This document shows positions 39,626 to 53,337 of a stretch of 64,000 nucleotides of DNA, one piece after another. The DNA lies in assembly GCA_964016885.1 (NCBI GenBank), contig OZ024747.1, forward strand, positions 57,908,001 through 57,972,000, written 5' to 3'. The stretch is from Eledone cirrhosa (lineage: Eukaryota). The notes under the pieces were generated by a model, which was not told the DNA's origin, made no database searches, and saw only the letters and a list, made by a program, of their open reading frames with translations. Every line of letters starts with the position of its first letter. The stretch's first letter is position 1. The translations under genes and the position numbers were made by a program.

Positions 39626-41756
39626 CGTTATATATGCATATACATATAAAACTCTCTCTCTCGCTCTCTCTCACTCTCTCTGTCTCTATATATATTGTAT
39701 ATGTTGTCAGAATACTATTAAGATCATTTTTATAAAACAAATATACTTAGAAGGAATTTATATGGTTTATAGTTAATGTCTATTAAACAATTCAAAATAA
39801 TAGAATCGTATAGAGCAGAATTGGTTTTAGTACAGATTGTGATTATATGTAGCGTTAATGGTCTGATGGTTACCCCGACTGAATAATTTCAATTTAGTAT
39901 CGTACAAGCTACATAAAACATATTTTTCCTTTGATTGTATTTGCTGATGAGATTAAATCAGTATGTGTTATCAAATTGAATATAGGGTGAGATTGAGAGG
40001 AGAATCATCAAACAGTACACGTGAATTTCGCAAGTATAATATTGTCATGTTGTTCTAATAAAATATATTCTATTGATTTCTCGGCAAAAATATTTCTCTC
40101 TTAGTAATTAAGTGCAATGATGTGATGCTGTTATGTGTTTGTTTGCTTTTGTGTTTGTGTGTGTGTGTATTTATAATTGAGATTATGTGGTTCACTAACA
40201 TTCACTGAACTGTTTCATTATATTTTGATAGTCTTCACTATTTGCTGTTAAACACTTATTCCACACAGCGTTGTTGTAATGTTTTTCGTGATTATCAACG
40301 TGATTTTAGGTTCTATGCAAATGTAATGCCCCAACGACAAGTATCTTCTACTGTAGCTCCGTCTCAACTAAAACCTTTGAGATATGGTAAGCGGTAACTG
40401 TGTGGACACTATTCGGGGAATCATATTATATTCTAATCAATATGTTATCCCTTGTGCGCTGTATGGTTTAACGCCGATAATTTGCTTCGAGCTACTTTAG
40501 TTAAGATCATTGTGGTGCAAACAATCCGATCAGGTTTCTCATCTCTTGCCTCATTCTAGTCCTTTCCTCAGTCTCGAAAAGTTACTAGAAAGAGTTATAA
40601 TACTACATTTATCGTCTGCCAAAGCTAGTAGTTCTGATCTCATGCGCCGAACTGCATCACGAAAACGTCGTAGGACTACTTAATGTTATTATTGTAGTTG
40701 CTTGTCCTTATGGTGCCTATTTATGATACAAAACAACACATTTATAGTCAAAAAAAGCAGTCAGCGTCACTTTTGTCATAATCTTCACCTGACATGATTG
40801 TAGGTTGTTTTGGTAGCATACGATGTTTCAAATGTGATGACTGAGCGTGTTTCTAGTCTCGTGCCCGTACACATGTCGGGATAGTGCATATTATGTTAAA
40901 TTTTATATCTTAATAATCATACAATTCAACCCAACATAAGTAAATACTTTAATTACTTTTGAAACAGCTTATTGAGTTTAACAATTAAACAAAGTCTTGC
41001 AGTCAGCACACATTTAAATTCAAGTAGGGCATATCGTCTTACGCCCCACGGCAATTCTCACGTAATAACAATAGAAATAGATATATAGGGAAGTGAACCA
41101 TATATTCGCACTTTTCGCCAGACAAGACCAACTCGGGAAAAATAAACCATGATTTACTTGTTCGGTTTCCATCTCGTTAAATATTCAATCCGATATCTAA
41201 ACATTGGGAGATACAAATCAAAAAGTTTTTCTTACTTCTACAAATCCGTCAATTATGGTTGACTCTTCGATTATCTCTATCATTACAGACTATTTCGTTA
41301 GGGTTATGAACACATATCATTCTGTAGGTGCGTAGACAGGCAAGTGTTACGAATGGTATTTAAGGAGAGGCGTGGATGCATCAGTATTCGATTTAAATGT
41401 TAGTGGTGTTGGAGTAAATGGAGAGATTATTCAGGAAGGTTGGTTAAAGTTGTTAAGTACGACGTTACATGTTGGACTGAGCTAAACGTTTGCAATACTA
41501 TGCACGTATATCCTGGGAAACGGCAATGAGATAGTTTACTCCTTCAACACTGGTAACTGGATGGAAGCTATAAATCACTATTATTGAATGTTATTTATAT
41601 ATGAGATTAACTGTGCGTCAGCCGTACGTGCAAACATAGAAACAGATAACATGGAAGCAAATACATATAAATCTCTCATAAATATACGCAAAAACGCACA
41701 CATACAAACACACACATACTTACACAAACAAACGCACGCACACATACACACACACA

Positions 41757-41853
<97 letters not shown>

Positions 41854-42102
41854 TGAAATTATTATGTATGCATGGGCGTATATATGTGTGCGCACATGCA
41901 CGTGTCAATATATATAAATATATTGAAGTGTGTATGTATTGAATGTGTGTATATAAGAGCGAGAGTAAGTATAATGCTTTTTATCTGTGCATATAGATTT
42001 ATGATTTATACATCTACACAATCACAATCTCCGACAGGCATTTAGATACAGATACACACATTATATATATATATAGATTAAATATACATATATATATATA
42101 TA

Positions 42103-42342
42103 TATAAATATACATAGATATCTCTCTGTGTATGAGTATGCCAATATCTTGTTTTGTCCCTTGCGTATATTATACATGCATTGAAGAGGGAGATCACTAA
42201 GGAATTTAGAGTGCAAATGCTGTAAAATATTTACCTTTTATGAAGTATACTATTCTCACAAAATATTTCACCATTGGGTACAGAGAAGCCAGAAACGGGA
42301 ACGACCTCGTGGTAAACAGTCACTGTTAATACATATATTATT
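42103..42342 (+). repeat. About 240-bp segment repeated inverted at 43925-44163
   Basis: Near-perfect reverse-complement match (two differences seen). Confidence 0.92.
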
Positions 42343-42397
42343 GGGAATACGGATAGCCGCAGTCCAACGTCCAAAATCAGAAATATATATATATATA

Positions 42398-42731
42398 TAA
42401 TGTATAAAAATCAATACAATATAATTACCTCATTACCAGAGGTTTCCCGAATGAGGTAATATATTTCATATTGTAATTCATTTGCCTATATTTTTTTGTT
42501 TTTTTTTGCTTTTCTTGATGAGACTTTCCAAGTATTTACCCATGTTTTATATTGCCTCGTCTGACGAACGAATGAAGACGTTTCTTTCGTATTCGCCTCA
42601 TTCGGGAAACCTCTGGTAATGAGGTAATTATATTGTATTGATTTTTATACATTAAATTTTGCTCTGGTACTTACATAGAGCACTCTTCACTTCTATGACC
42701 TTTTCTGTTTTCAACGGAAATTTCAATACCT
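42398..42731 (+). mobile_element. (TA)n-embedded hammerhead fold-back element
   Basis: 59-bp perfect inverted arms at 42398-42456 and 42596-42654 plus a 77-nt tail; TA flanks. Confidence 0.85.
42552..42627 (+). ncRNA. Type-I hammerhead ribozyme
   Basis: ttgcctcgt-CTGACGA-a-cgaatga...tcattcg-g-GAAA-cc-tct-gg-TA-atgaggtaa. 9-bp stem I, 7-bp stem II, GUA site after 42618. Confidence 0.8.
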
Positions 42732-43836
42732 ATATATATATAGCGATTCTTTGCTTAAACTTTAATCTGTTATTTAAATAAATATATATATATATAGTAT
42801 TAAGGATACTATTTATGGTTATGTATATACTAAAACTTTTTATAGTTATATGTATTTTAAACCCTAAATAGTGAAAGACAGTAATTCATTATATATATAT
42901 ATATATATATTTATTTATTTATTTATTATTTCGTACTGTTTCTGATATTAGGCATATTATAACAGTGGATTTAGGGTTAGCGTGTTTTTTGAGCTCTGCG
43001 ATGCAAACCGTGACCATCCACACTGATAGTTTCGTGAAATAGTCTTTTTAAGAAAATATAGAGCATTTGTAGTTTTTCCAAATTGAAGGATGAGTATTTA
43101 AACTTTATTTTATTCTGATTTAAGGCTCTATTGATTTTTCCCTGGATTTAACAAAATTCTGTGGATGAATCTATATCTTGATTTTTTTAAACATGAGTTT
43201 GAATTATTTTCCCACATTTTACGTTAACTATTTTTCCATTTTGATGTTATAGTCACTTATATATTATGAAATACTGTTGGCTTCACGCTCACAATAATTT
43301 ATATAAATTCATTCATATATATAAAAATTATATCAAAATTAAAATTCACAATGTTTCCAATTGATACAACATTTTTAAAAACGAAGTTTAGTTGTGTCTA
43401 GGTAATATATTTTAACATTTATACATAACTTATAAGTAAATTTTAATTGAACCTTCATATCATACACACGCATTTCAATAACTCCTGTAGAAATTTACAC
43501 AAATATATAAATACACTCACACACACACAAACACACACACACACACTTATATATATATATATATATGGACACAACTGTCACTCGCAATCGAATACAATTG
43601 TGGGGAAGTTGTAAGCAAAAGCGATCGGAGGGCCAGGATGTTAGATTTTATACTGTATATATATGCGTGTGTGTGCGCGTATAAATATAGAGGCACAAAT
43701 CAGGCTTTGTTTAGAAACGGGTAACGAATTTGAAAATTAGGTAGTAACATGTGCTTACGCCGTATTTGACTGAATTGAATTAGTCTGTTAGTTCGGATTT
43801 TAAAAACAACCTCTGAATCGAAAATAAGATAAGTAT

Positions 43837-43907
43837 TGACGTATGTGAGATACGAACCCATATCTTTGGTTTGCTGAATCAATGTGTTACCATTACACCA
43901 ACACGCA
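43837..43907 (-). pseudogene. Second copy of the tRNA-like sequence
   Basis: Inverted copy of 38537-38607 with better acceptor pairing (gcgtgt/atacgt). Confidence 0.55.
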
Positions 43908-44180
43908 ACCCATGCTTCCTTCGAAATAATATATGTATTAACAGTGACTGTTTACCACGAGGTCGTTCCCGTTTGTGGCTTCTCTGTACCCAATGGTGAA
44001 ATATTTTGTGAGAATAGTATACTTCATAAAAGGTAAATATTTTACAGCATTTGCACTCTAAATTCCTTAGTGATCTCCCTCTTCAATGCATGTATAATAT
44101 ACGCAAGGGACAAAACAAGATATTGGCATACTCATACACAGAGAGATATCTATGTATATTTATATATATATATATATATC

Positions 44181-44614
<434 letters not shown>

Positions 44615-44667
44615 ATATATATATATATACGTAAATATATATATCACACAGAAGCACACACACACAC

Positions 44668-44707
<40 letters not shown>

Positions 44708-45149
44708 TATATATATATATACATATATGTATGTACGTATCCCTACGCCTTTGAAAACCACGTGACGACAGTGGCAGGTTAGAAGTACTTATGCGTCACT
44801 AGTAGACCCTTGCAATAGAACGAAAAGGGTCGCTCCCATTGATGAAATTCTGTGTTGATGCTGGCCGCGTCCATTCCTTCCAGGCAACTCTGTATTTTAA
44901 TGCGTGGCTTCTGTGTACTGAGTGCAATTATTACAGCGCAGTGCACAGGACACTGAGTAGAAACCAACGATTTCGTTTGGTCCGGACTAAAGTGTTCGCA
45001 CCCCCACATAATCCCGAACTTACCACTATTAACTAAATCTGTACGTTTTGAATCACAGACAGGCGCTTCCGAAGTGCAAGTCCCGTGAATTTATTGAGCG
45101 AGTGGGAAAGTTCAATGTACTAGCACAAACTCAGTTTATCTAGTACAAT

Positions 45150-45190
<41 letters not shown>

Positions 45191-45194
<4 letters not shown>

Positions 45195-45388
45195 AACGAG
45201 TAGGACCCCGACGGCTGAGCTCAAGCCGTTTCGACGGCTAATTCTGGACTGAATTAGCCGTCGAAACGGCTTGAGCTTTGAGCTCAGCCGTCGGGGTCCT
45301 ACTCGTTCCCATTACCCACTCTACTACACTAAGTATTGAGTACTTTGGTGCGTTATGGTCCATCTGGTTCTTTACCACATTTCCTTCG

Positions 45389-45391
<3 letters not shown>
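45191..45391 (+). mobile_element. GACGGC-hairpin family, copy 4
   Basis: Short arm, long arm and tail; 7-nt internal duplication (ttgagct); TA flanks. Confidence 0.88.
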
Positions 45392-45431
<40 letters not shown>

Positions 45432-45432
<1 letters not shown>

Positions 45433-45806
45433 TAGAAAAAACGTGGAAGTTTCGTTTACATAAGAAAAATATTTATTGCGTATCGACCTGTTACGCGTAT
45501 TACGCAGAGCATTGGCTCAAAGATACCCTTAGGAGTTATGGAACCGACTCCAGTATGGATCTGCTCCGAAGACTGTTGATGCGACAAAAAATATGTTTTG
45601 TCGCATCACCACACTGAGGGGAAGATCGATGCTGGAGTTGGGTCCATAACTCCTATGGGTTACCTTGAGCCAATGCTCTGCAAAATGCGCGTAACAGTTA
45701 TACGTAATAAATATGTTTCACATGTAAACGCTGCTTCCTTTTTTTTTATTATATACACTCTGCCGGTGCATAGAGTGCTTCAATTGGTACCAACGCCAGT
45801 ATGTCT
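45432..45806. mobile_element. Family C hammerhead fold-back, copy 1
   Basis: Arms at about 45432-45590 and 45597-45752 plus tail; degenerate HHRs at 45488-45575 (-) and 45610-45697 (+). Confidence 0.8.
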
Positions 45807-46941
45807 CTAGAGAACATTAGTCTACGACCTCTTTTATACCATAAACGTGGTTCTGTCTTTGCGCGTAATTGTTTTTCACCGCTCCTATTAATGACGTGTC
45901 TTATTCGTTTTTTCCCGTTCTTTGCCAGCGAACGTTTCCACGAACCAAAGTATCGTCTTCCTGTCTTCCTCCGGTTGAAACGTTTTTTGAAATATCCACT
46001 TCTGCGTTTACAGATTGACTTTGTTAGTTTCAAAAGATCCCGTTAAGGGTGAAAGCAGCGATTCTTTGCTTAAACTTTAATCTGTTATTTTAATAAATAT
46101 ATATATATATATATATTTTATATGGAACCAGATTTATCTCCTTATTGCTGCCTTACGTATCTCCACGTTTATAACTTTCTAAAATAGCTTCTGCCCATCC
46201 TCCATTTCCAAGATGACTGACTAAAACCAGGATGTGCTTTTTAGTATCGTCTCTTTTTCTCCATTCTCTTCCTTTTTAAACTCTGTGTCTGTTTTCCCTT
46301 TTCTTTGTTCTCCCGATAATCTCTTAATTTTTCTCTCATTCACTCAACAACTAGCGTCCGAGGGGTTAATACTTTCAAACTATAAGAAGCGTTAAACCAA
46401 TACACCATTGATGAGTTGTTCTCCAGCATAGTTTTTTTTTTTGTTGCTGTCTTTCTGCATTCACACACACACACGCACACACACTCACATACATATATAT
46501 ATGTAAATGCACACGCGCATACAAAGACATATACATACAAAGATAAGCCGACGGTTATTTCAATGTCTATATTATACTCTCCCGGTCGATAAAACAAAAC
46601 ACGAAATTGAAATATGGGAATTACGAAGAAAAACAGAAACAATATACTCACTCATTCTATTTGTTTAATGATATGTGATATTTCATTGCTGATATATTTA
46701 TTACCATTTCTCTAATTTCTTTAAAACTCCCCAGCGAGATATATGTCTATTGTTAATATAGACTTAAACAATAAACTTTAGAGAATATGTTATATTAAAA
46801 TGATTGGTTTGTATATTTGAAAATAGATCGTATATTTCGCTTCAAGCTCACTATACGTCATTGCAATTTTAAAACAAAGTGATGTTTACCTAAAAGTGTT
46901 AGGAACATTTATATTTGTAGATTGGTGTTAAGTATTCTGAC

Positions 46942-47031
<90 letters not shown>

Positions 47032-47041
47032 GTATATATAT

Positions 47042-47144
<103 letters not shown>

Positions 47145-47148
47145 AATG

Positions 47149-47456
47149 TAATCTGAATTTTTCGAATATTAACAATAATATTCGATTCATTTGCAATTAT
47201 GCAAACAAGCCTCAATTCTATAGTCATGTCAGTAGAATGTTCATAATCCCAGCACAAGAGCAAGAATGAAGGGTTCATTCCACTGACATGGCTATACAAT
47301 TGAGGTTTGTTTGCATAACTGCAAACGAATGGAATGGACTTTGCCTTTCATCCTTAACGGGGGTCGATAAAATAAAGTACCAGTAATGCACTGGGTAATT
47401 GCTGGCCTTGTGCCTAATGTAGAAACAATTATTAATATTCGAAAAACTCAGATTTT
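47149..47456. mobile_element. Fold-back element with a SINE inserted in its right arm
   Basis: 47149-47239 is inverted at 47276-47335 plus about 47432-47456, split by the SINE. Confidence 0.7.
47337..47433 (+). mobile_element. 5'-truncated Deu/Nin-like SINE
   Basis: actttgcctttcatcc...gtaccag...gctggccttgtgcc...agaaacaattatt. Confidence 0.88.
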
Positions 47457-47524
47457 ATTTATTGTATTCAGCCATGTAGAGCGAACATTTTATTTTTTAT
47501 TTTTTATTTAAATATATATATATA

Positions 47525-48489
47525 TGACAGTAACAAATGTGGAATTTCGTTGACATATGAAAAATATTTATTGTGTATCACTCTGTTGCGCGCGTTTCGC
47601 TGAGGATTTGCTCAAGGTGAAGCATATGAGTTAGGGACCCGACACCAGTATCGATTTGCTCTTCAGACTGATAATGTGACAAAAGATATATTTTTGTTGC
47701 GGTATGTGGACCGAGAAGGTATATATGTAGGCATTGGGCCTATATTTCGTGTGTGGGCGTATATTAGTATTTTTTTTGTGTAATTGGTGGGGCGGCAAGG
47801 GGTGGGTATTCACCGACAGTCGTGTGCGTGTTTGCATGAGTGCACGAGCAATTAAGGATTCATGAGTGTGTGTGTGGGGGGGGGGGGTGCATTTCGAATG
47901 TGTATATGTCAGTCAAACACTTCTTTTGGTATAAGCGGGAAGCAGTTTATCGTGTCATACACTAGCACCGGGTCGTCCAAGCGTGATACACCCCACAACC
48001 GCTGCTTCCTGTTTATACCAAAGCACATTTTTGACTGACCAATACACATTCCAAAACGCGCCCACACTCACAAATCCTTAATTGCTATCATACGCAAAGA
48101 CGCTCTGCAATATTAGTGAATACCCACCCGAATTATCGCTTCACTAATTACACCAAAATACACACATACGCACACACGCAAAAAAAAAAAAAATAGGCCC
48201 GATACCTATATACATACCTTCTTGGCCCACATACCGCAACAAAAATATATCTTTTGTTACATCACCAGTCTGAGGAGCAGATCGATATTGGAGTCGGCTC
48301 GATAACTCATATGGGTCACTTTGAGGCAATCCTCTGCGAAACGCGCATAATATGTCGATACGCAATAAATATGTTTCAATTTTTCATATGTAAACGAAAC
48401 TTCCTCGTTTCTTTTTCTATTATATACATTCTGCCAGTGCATAGAGTGCTTGATTTGGTACCATCACCAGTATTTTGCTGAAATGCCTG

Positions 48490-48490
<1 letters not shown>
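47525..48490. mobile_element. Family C hammerhead fold-back, copy 2 (about 420-bp diverged arms)
   Basis: About 47525-47945 is inverted at about 48002-48425, plus tail; HHRs at 47583-47670 (-) and 48266-48353 (+); TA flanks. Confidence 0.8.
48266..48353 (+). ncRNA. Hammerhead motif with a large stem-II insertion
   Basis: cagt-CTGAGGA-gcaga-(about 50 nt)-tctgc-GAAA-cgcgca-TA-at. Confidence 0.6.
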
Positions 48491-48542
<52 letters not shown>

Positions 48543-49714
48543 AAATTTATTATAGAAATTTATTGTATAAATTCTACTAATGTATTGAGTAATTTACTTA
48601 CTCCGGTTACCGCCGATTGAATCTCTGTCATTTCCTATGATGATTGCTCCAGTTGATTCAATTGAAAGAATAGCCTGCACATGAAACTGACATGTAATAG
48701 CAATATTAACGTTGTCTCTGCTAAATTCAGTCTGAAACAGTCTACGATTAAGCTAGCCTCTTGAATTACAGATACATTATAAACAATTGTTAGAAACCAT
48801 TAAAATATGAATACAGCCGAAAGCAGAGCATCTAAGCTACCATAAAACTAAAATCCCTAGTCTTATTCTAAACTATCATTAATACAGACCCATCATTCCT
48901 TTCTATAATGGCGTTTAAATAACAAACCTTTTTTTCATCGCAACTATACAAGTTCGCCTTATATCTATCAGGATCAAATATATCTAGTATTTCTTTGATG
49001 CGCAGCTCGGATCAAAAATGTCAAGTGCATTCTTACAATACTGCCCTACTGTCTAATCTAACCTATCATTTTAAACTCCTTTAACCCCAGCAGCTCGTTA
49101 AACTTGAAATAATATAAATGTAAATTTGACAGGAAATAAATACAGTTCCCACCCATTAGTATACTTCCGACCTCTTGAAAAGATTAGCCATATATATAAC
49201 ATATGAATTATTAACTAGGAAATAGACCATCTATTTGATACAAACACTTGTCATAATCGTGTTACCATTGAATCTCACCTTAGATATGACATATTTTTCC
49301 TTTCCTAAATAAACTGTACCCACATTTCTGTCTGTAAATCAGCTCGATTTTTTACCCACCCTTCCTCAACCAAACCCAACGTCAAATTAATGAACTAGTA
49401 AGAGTTATGGTGAACGTGCATAGTTTTTTACAACTCTCTTCTAACAAATCTTACTAAAAATACAGCACACGATCCTATACTGCATTTTATATTCATACCA
49501 TTACTTCTATAAATACCTTCACAAAACGTTAACTTTAAAGCAGGCATTAAACTCTAATATTCTCGACTGATCAATAAGCATTCTTTTAAATACAAACAAA
49601 AAAGTTCTCAGTCCACAAAAGAAAGCAAAAGCACATATTAATGCTCTAATCTGAATATTTACAAACATAATCTACCTAGCAATGCTTTGCCAAATCCAGA
49701 ATGACACACACACG

Positions 49715-50275
<561 letters not shown>

Positions 50276-50276
50276 T

Positions 50277-50396
50277 GAAGGCGTGTGGCTGAGTGGTTAG
50301 AGAATTGGATTCGCAATCGTAAGGTTGTGAGTTCGATTCCTGGACCAGGCGATGCGTTATGTCCTTGAGCAAGACACTTTATTTCACGTTGCTCCT
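50277..50396 (+). mobile_element. tRNA-headed SINE 5' part with CORE-like motif
   Basis: A-box tggctgagtgg, B-box gagttcgattcc, then gtccttgagcaagacactt. Confidence 0.75.
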
Positions 50397-50542
50397 TCTA
50401 CCTGGAGTTGCGACCGATAGATAGTATTAGCAATTGGAAAGACCAACGGAAACATTGTTTCCTCGGTCCGATTTGACGAAAGTCGATCGTTAAAAATAAA
50501 AAAAAATAAAAAAAAATATATATATATATATGTATGCGTGTG

Positions 50543-50602
<60 letters not shown>

Positions 50603-50606
50603 CGTG

Positions 50607-50641
<35 letters not shown>

Positions 50642-52149
50642 GTATGCATGCGTGTATATATATATATGTATACATATGTGTGAGTATTGTGTGTGTACAT
50701 GTATATATATTTATATATGTTTGCGTATTCTATATGACATTTACTAATTTCAAAATATGCCAAGCATATTTTGTTTCCAATAATGTATTTGTATCCAGAA
50801 TTGCTGATTTCAGGAAATATGCATATGTATTATTTTCTATTACCTAAACACACTCACACACGCACGCACGCACACACTCACACACACACACTCACACACA
50901 CACACATACGCGCGCGCACACCCACACACTCTCTCTCACACACACACATACACACACATATATAATATATATGTAGAGAGAGAGAAAGCGAAGAGAGAAA
51001 AAGGAAGGAAGCGGAAGACATCTGTATAATACCATATATGTGGATAAGCTGATGACAGCAGCCATAAATAATCGTTGTTTTAAAACGAACCAATTTAATT
51101 TCATCGTGGTTAATTTACACCTTTTGTTATCAATTCTCGCATCATAATAATTATTTCACTGATCCTGTTTCTAAATCATATTATCTTAATAGCAATAAAA
51201 AAGAAAAATAAGAAAATTATTTCAATACAAAATAATAAAATATTGTTTATTTTAATACCATGTATTCATATATCACAAAAAGCAATTAGTATTTAACTCA
51301 ATTATCTTTCACTGGGTCAAAAGTAATAATTAACTTGTTGGGTTTGGTTACGATGTCTATTATCATATCTCTCTTAAATTATTGAAAATTTAACTAGCAT
51401 GATATTATATTTGCTCTTTCCATTTTTTTAACATATTTTTTGGTATAACTTCTATATTCTTAACATCGTATCTGTATTATCAAACTTTTCTGATTTTTAA
51501 TAATTATTTAGCTTCATTCATTGATTGACATTTCCACAAATAATTTAATAATTTACACCTATCACGCTTGTCACAGTTTCTCTAATTTTATATTACTCTA
51601 TTTTCTTTAATCATACCACTGATATAATAAGTAATTTTCTCGATCGTTTTATTTACTTAGTTTTGCATATCACGTAAATATCATTATGGGAAACAATATA
51701 AAACAAAAAGTTATTTTGAATTTATTAAATTTTTTCAATCTTCCTTAAAACAATTTCATACAATTTTTGTACAAGCAGAACTCAAGAGGCGATAAGTTTC
51801 CCTTGAATATATCTTCAATAACCTTAGGTTTTTTAAGGTTATGTACTGATATATATTCCTTTTGCCCTGTTATCGTTAGTTAAACTTTAAGCTATGTATC
51901 TCCCTCATATATTCATGTATATATATGAATATCAATACGTTAAATAATTAAATTGAGGTAAAACTCATATATGTAAGGAAGATAATTCTAACAATTAAAC
52001 GGGAGTAAAATCGTGTTCAAAGATGGAACATGTGATGATTTGAAAAGTCAAAAATACTTCAGCAGAAATTTTGCGCTGTGGAAGCATCAATTATAAAAAT
52101 CCATTCGTGTATTTCCGAAATGTTTTTGTGCGAATATATTCCTCTATTC

Positions 52150-53337
52150 CGCTTTGCATAACTGACAAGATCTTGTTCGATTGATGCAGGGGGTGATTTT
52201 TCCAGGATTACGCTTTTTATGGAGAACACCGTGCAATTTTTCTTGGGGTTCCATACGTGGTGTGCGAACTGAGTGGTATATTTCTCGTCAGGATCTCTAA
52301 AGGTGATTTTGTGGTTCAGAAAATGACTTTTGTATTCTTACACTGATGGTCAATCCGAACTCCTTGCAGGCGTGAAATAGGCAACTGACAAGCTGTTGCA
52401 GGCCGTCTTCAGTATGTGAGGTTAAAGCTGTGTCGTCAGCGAAAAGCCTTTCATGGATAAGGATGCCTGTGACATTGGTTTGACATGGAGGTCGGTGACA
52501 TTGAAAGGTTTGCCGTCCTTTCTAAATTGAATGTATCTACAGTTGTGTAACAATCTCGGAAGTCCCAATGTGACTCTGGGTAAACGGGGGAGGCTAATGC
52601 CTGTGAGCACAGCTAGGTGACATGAGCAAATGCCTTCCTGACAATGAAGGGAGATTCCTCTGTAGTTGTTGCAGTCCTTGCGGTCGCCTTTATTTTCGTT
52701 TAATATGACGATATTGGCATCATGTGTGTTTTGCGGGATGTAGCCCTGATCCCAACAGAGGCAGTGGAGGTTATGTAGAAGATGGAGCAGTGCAAACGTC
52801 CTACTCTTCAAGACTTCTGACGGGATGCCTTCATGGCATTCGATGGCTTTACTTTCGATGTCTTCCCTTGAAAGTGCCAAATCCAGCTCCACCCTGATGG
52901 GCAAGCCTGGAATGGTGTCTAGGCCGGCGTCAGTCATCCTATGCTGATTTGCGTACAAGTCAAGATATTGCACAACCAAGCATTCTAATTACTTCTCCCA
53001 ATCTGAGTGGGGCGGTTTTCGTAATATATGGACTTGTGGCTTACTTGATGCCCACGTACACCCCTCTTACATCACCAGTGTTGGTGCCTTTCTATATGCT
53101 GCTGCTGAGATTTAAGCACTAGGTGGTAGCACAGTGGTGAGAAGTCTGAATAGTCTTCTTTCTCGCACTCCTGGTGATTTCCAGGGTACTCGAACCAGGC
53201 GCTGCTTTGTGAGCTTGGGGGACCTTTCTTTTGGCCACAGTCACATCCATTTCTTCCATGTCACTCCCTAAATTGCAGATGAATACATCTATGGGCGGTA
53301 AACACTCGTCTCTTGTAGACGGATGGATGCCGTACAA
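52150..53337 (-). mobile_element. Degenerate RTE-clade LINE (RT region)
   Basis: GIPSEVLK..CWDQGYIPQ..DANIVILNENKGDRKDCNNYRGISL; frameshifts and deletions; boundaries approximate. Confidence 0.8.

Noticed and set aside
45749-46046. Basic 94-aa and 81-aa ORFs
   Set aside because: No recognisable domain; they overlap repeat sequence
48790-49680. Strand-skewed AT-rich block, possibly a decayed element
   Set aside because: No identifiable protein motif or termini
50400-50500. Hairpin (ggaaac/gtttcc) with GAAA before an A-rich tail
   Set aside because: No HHR core; single occurrence
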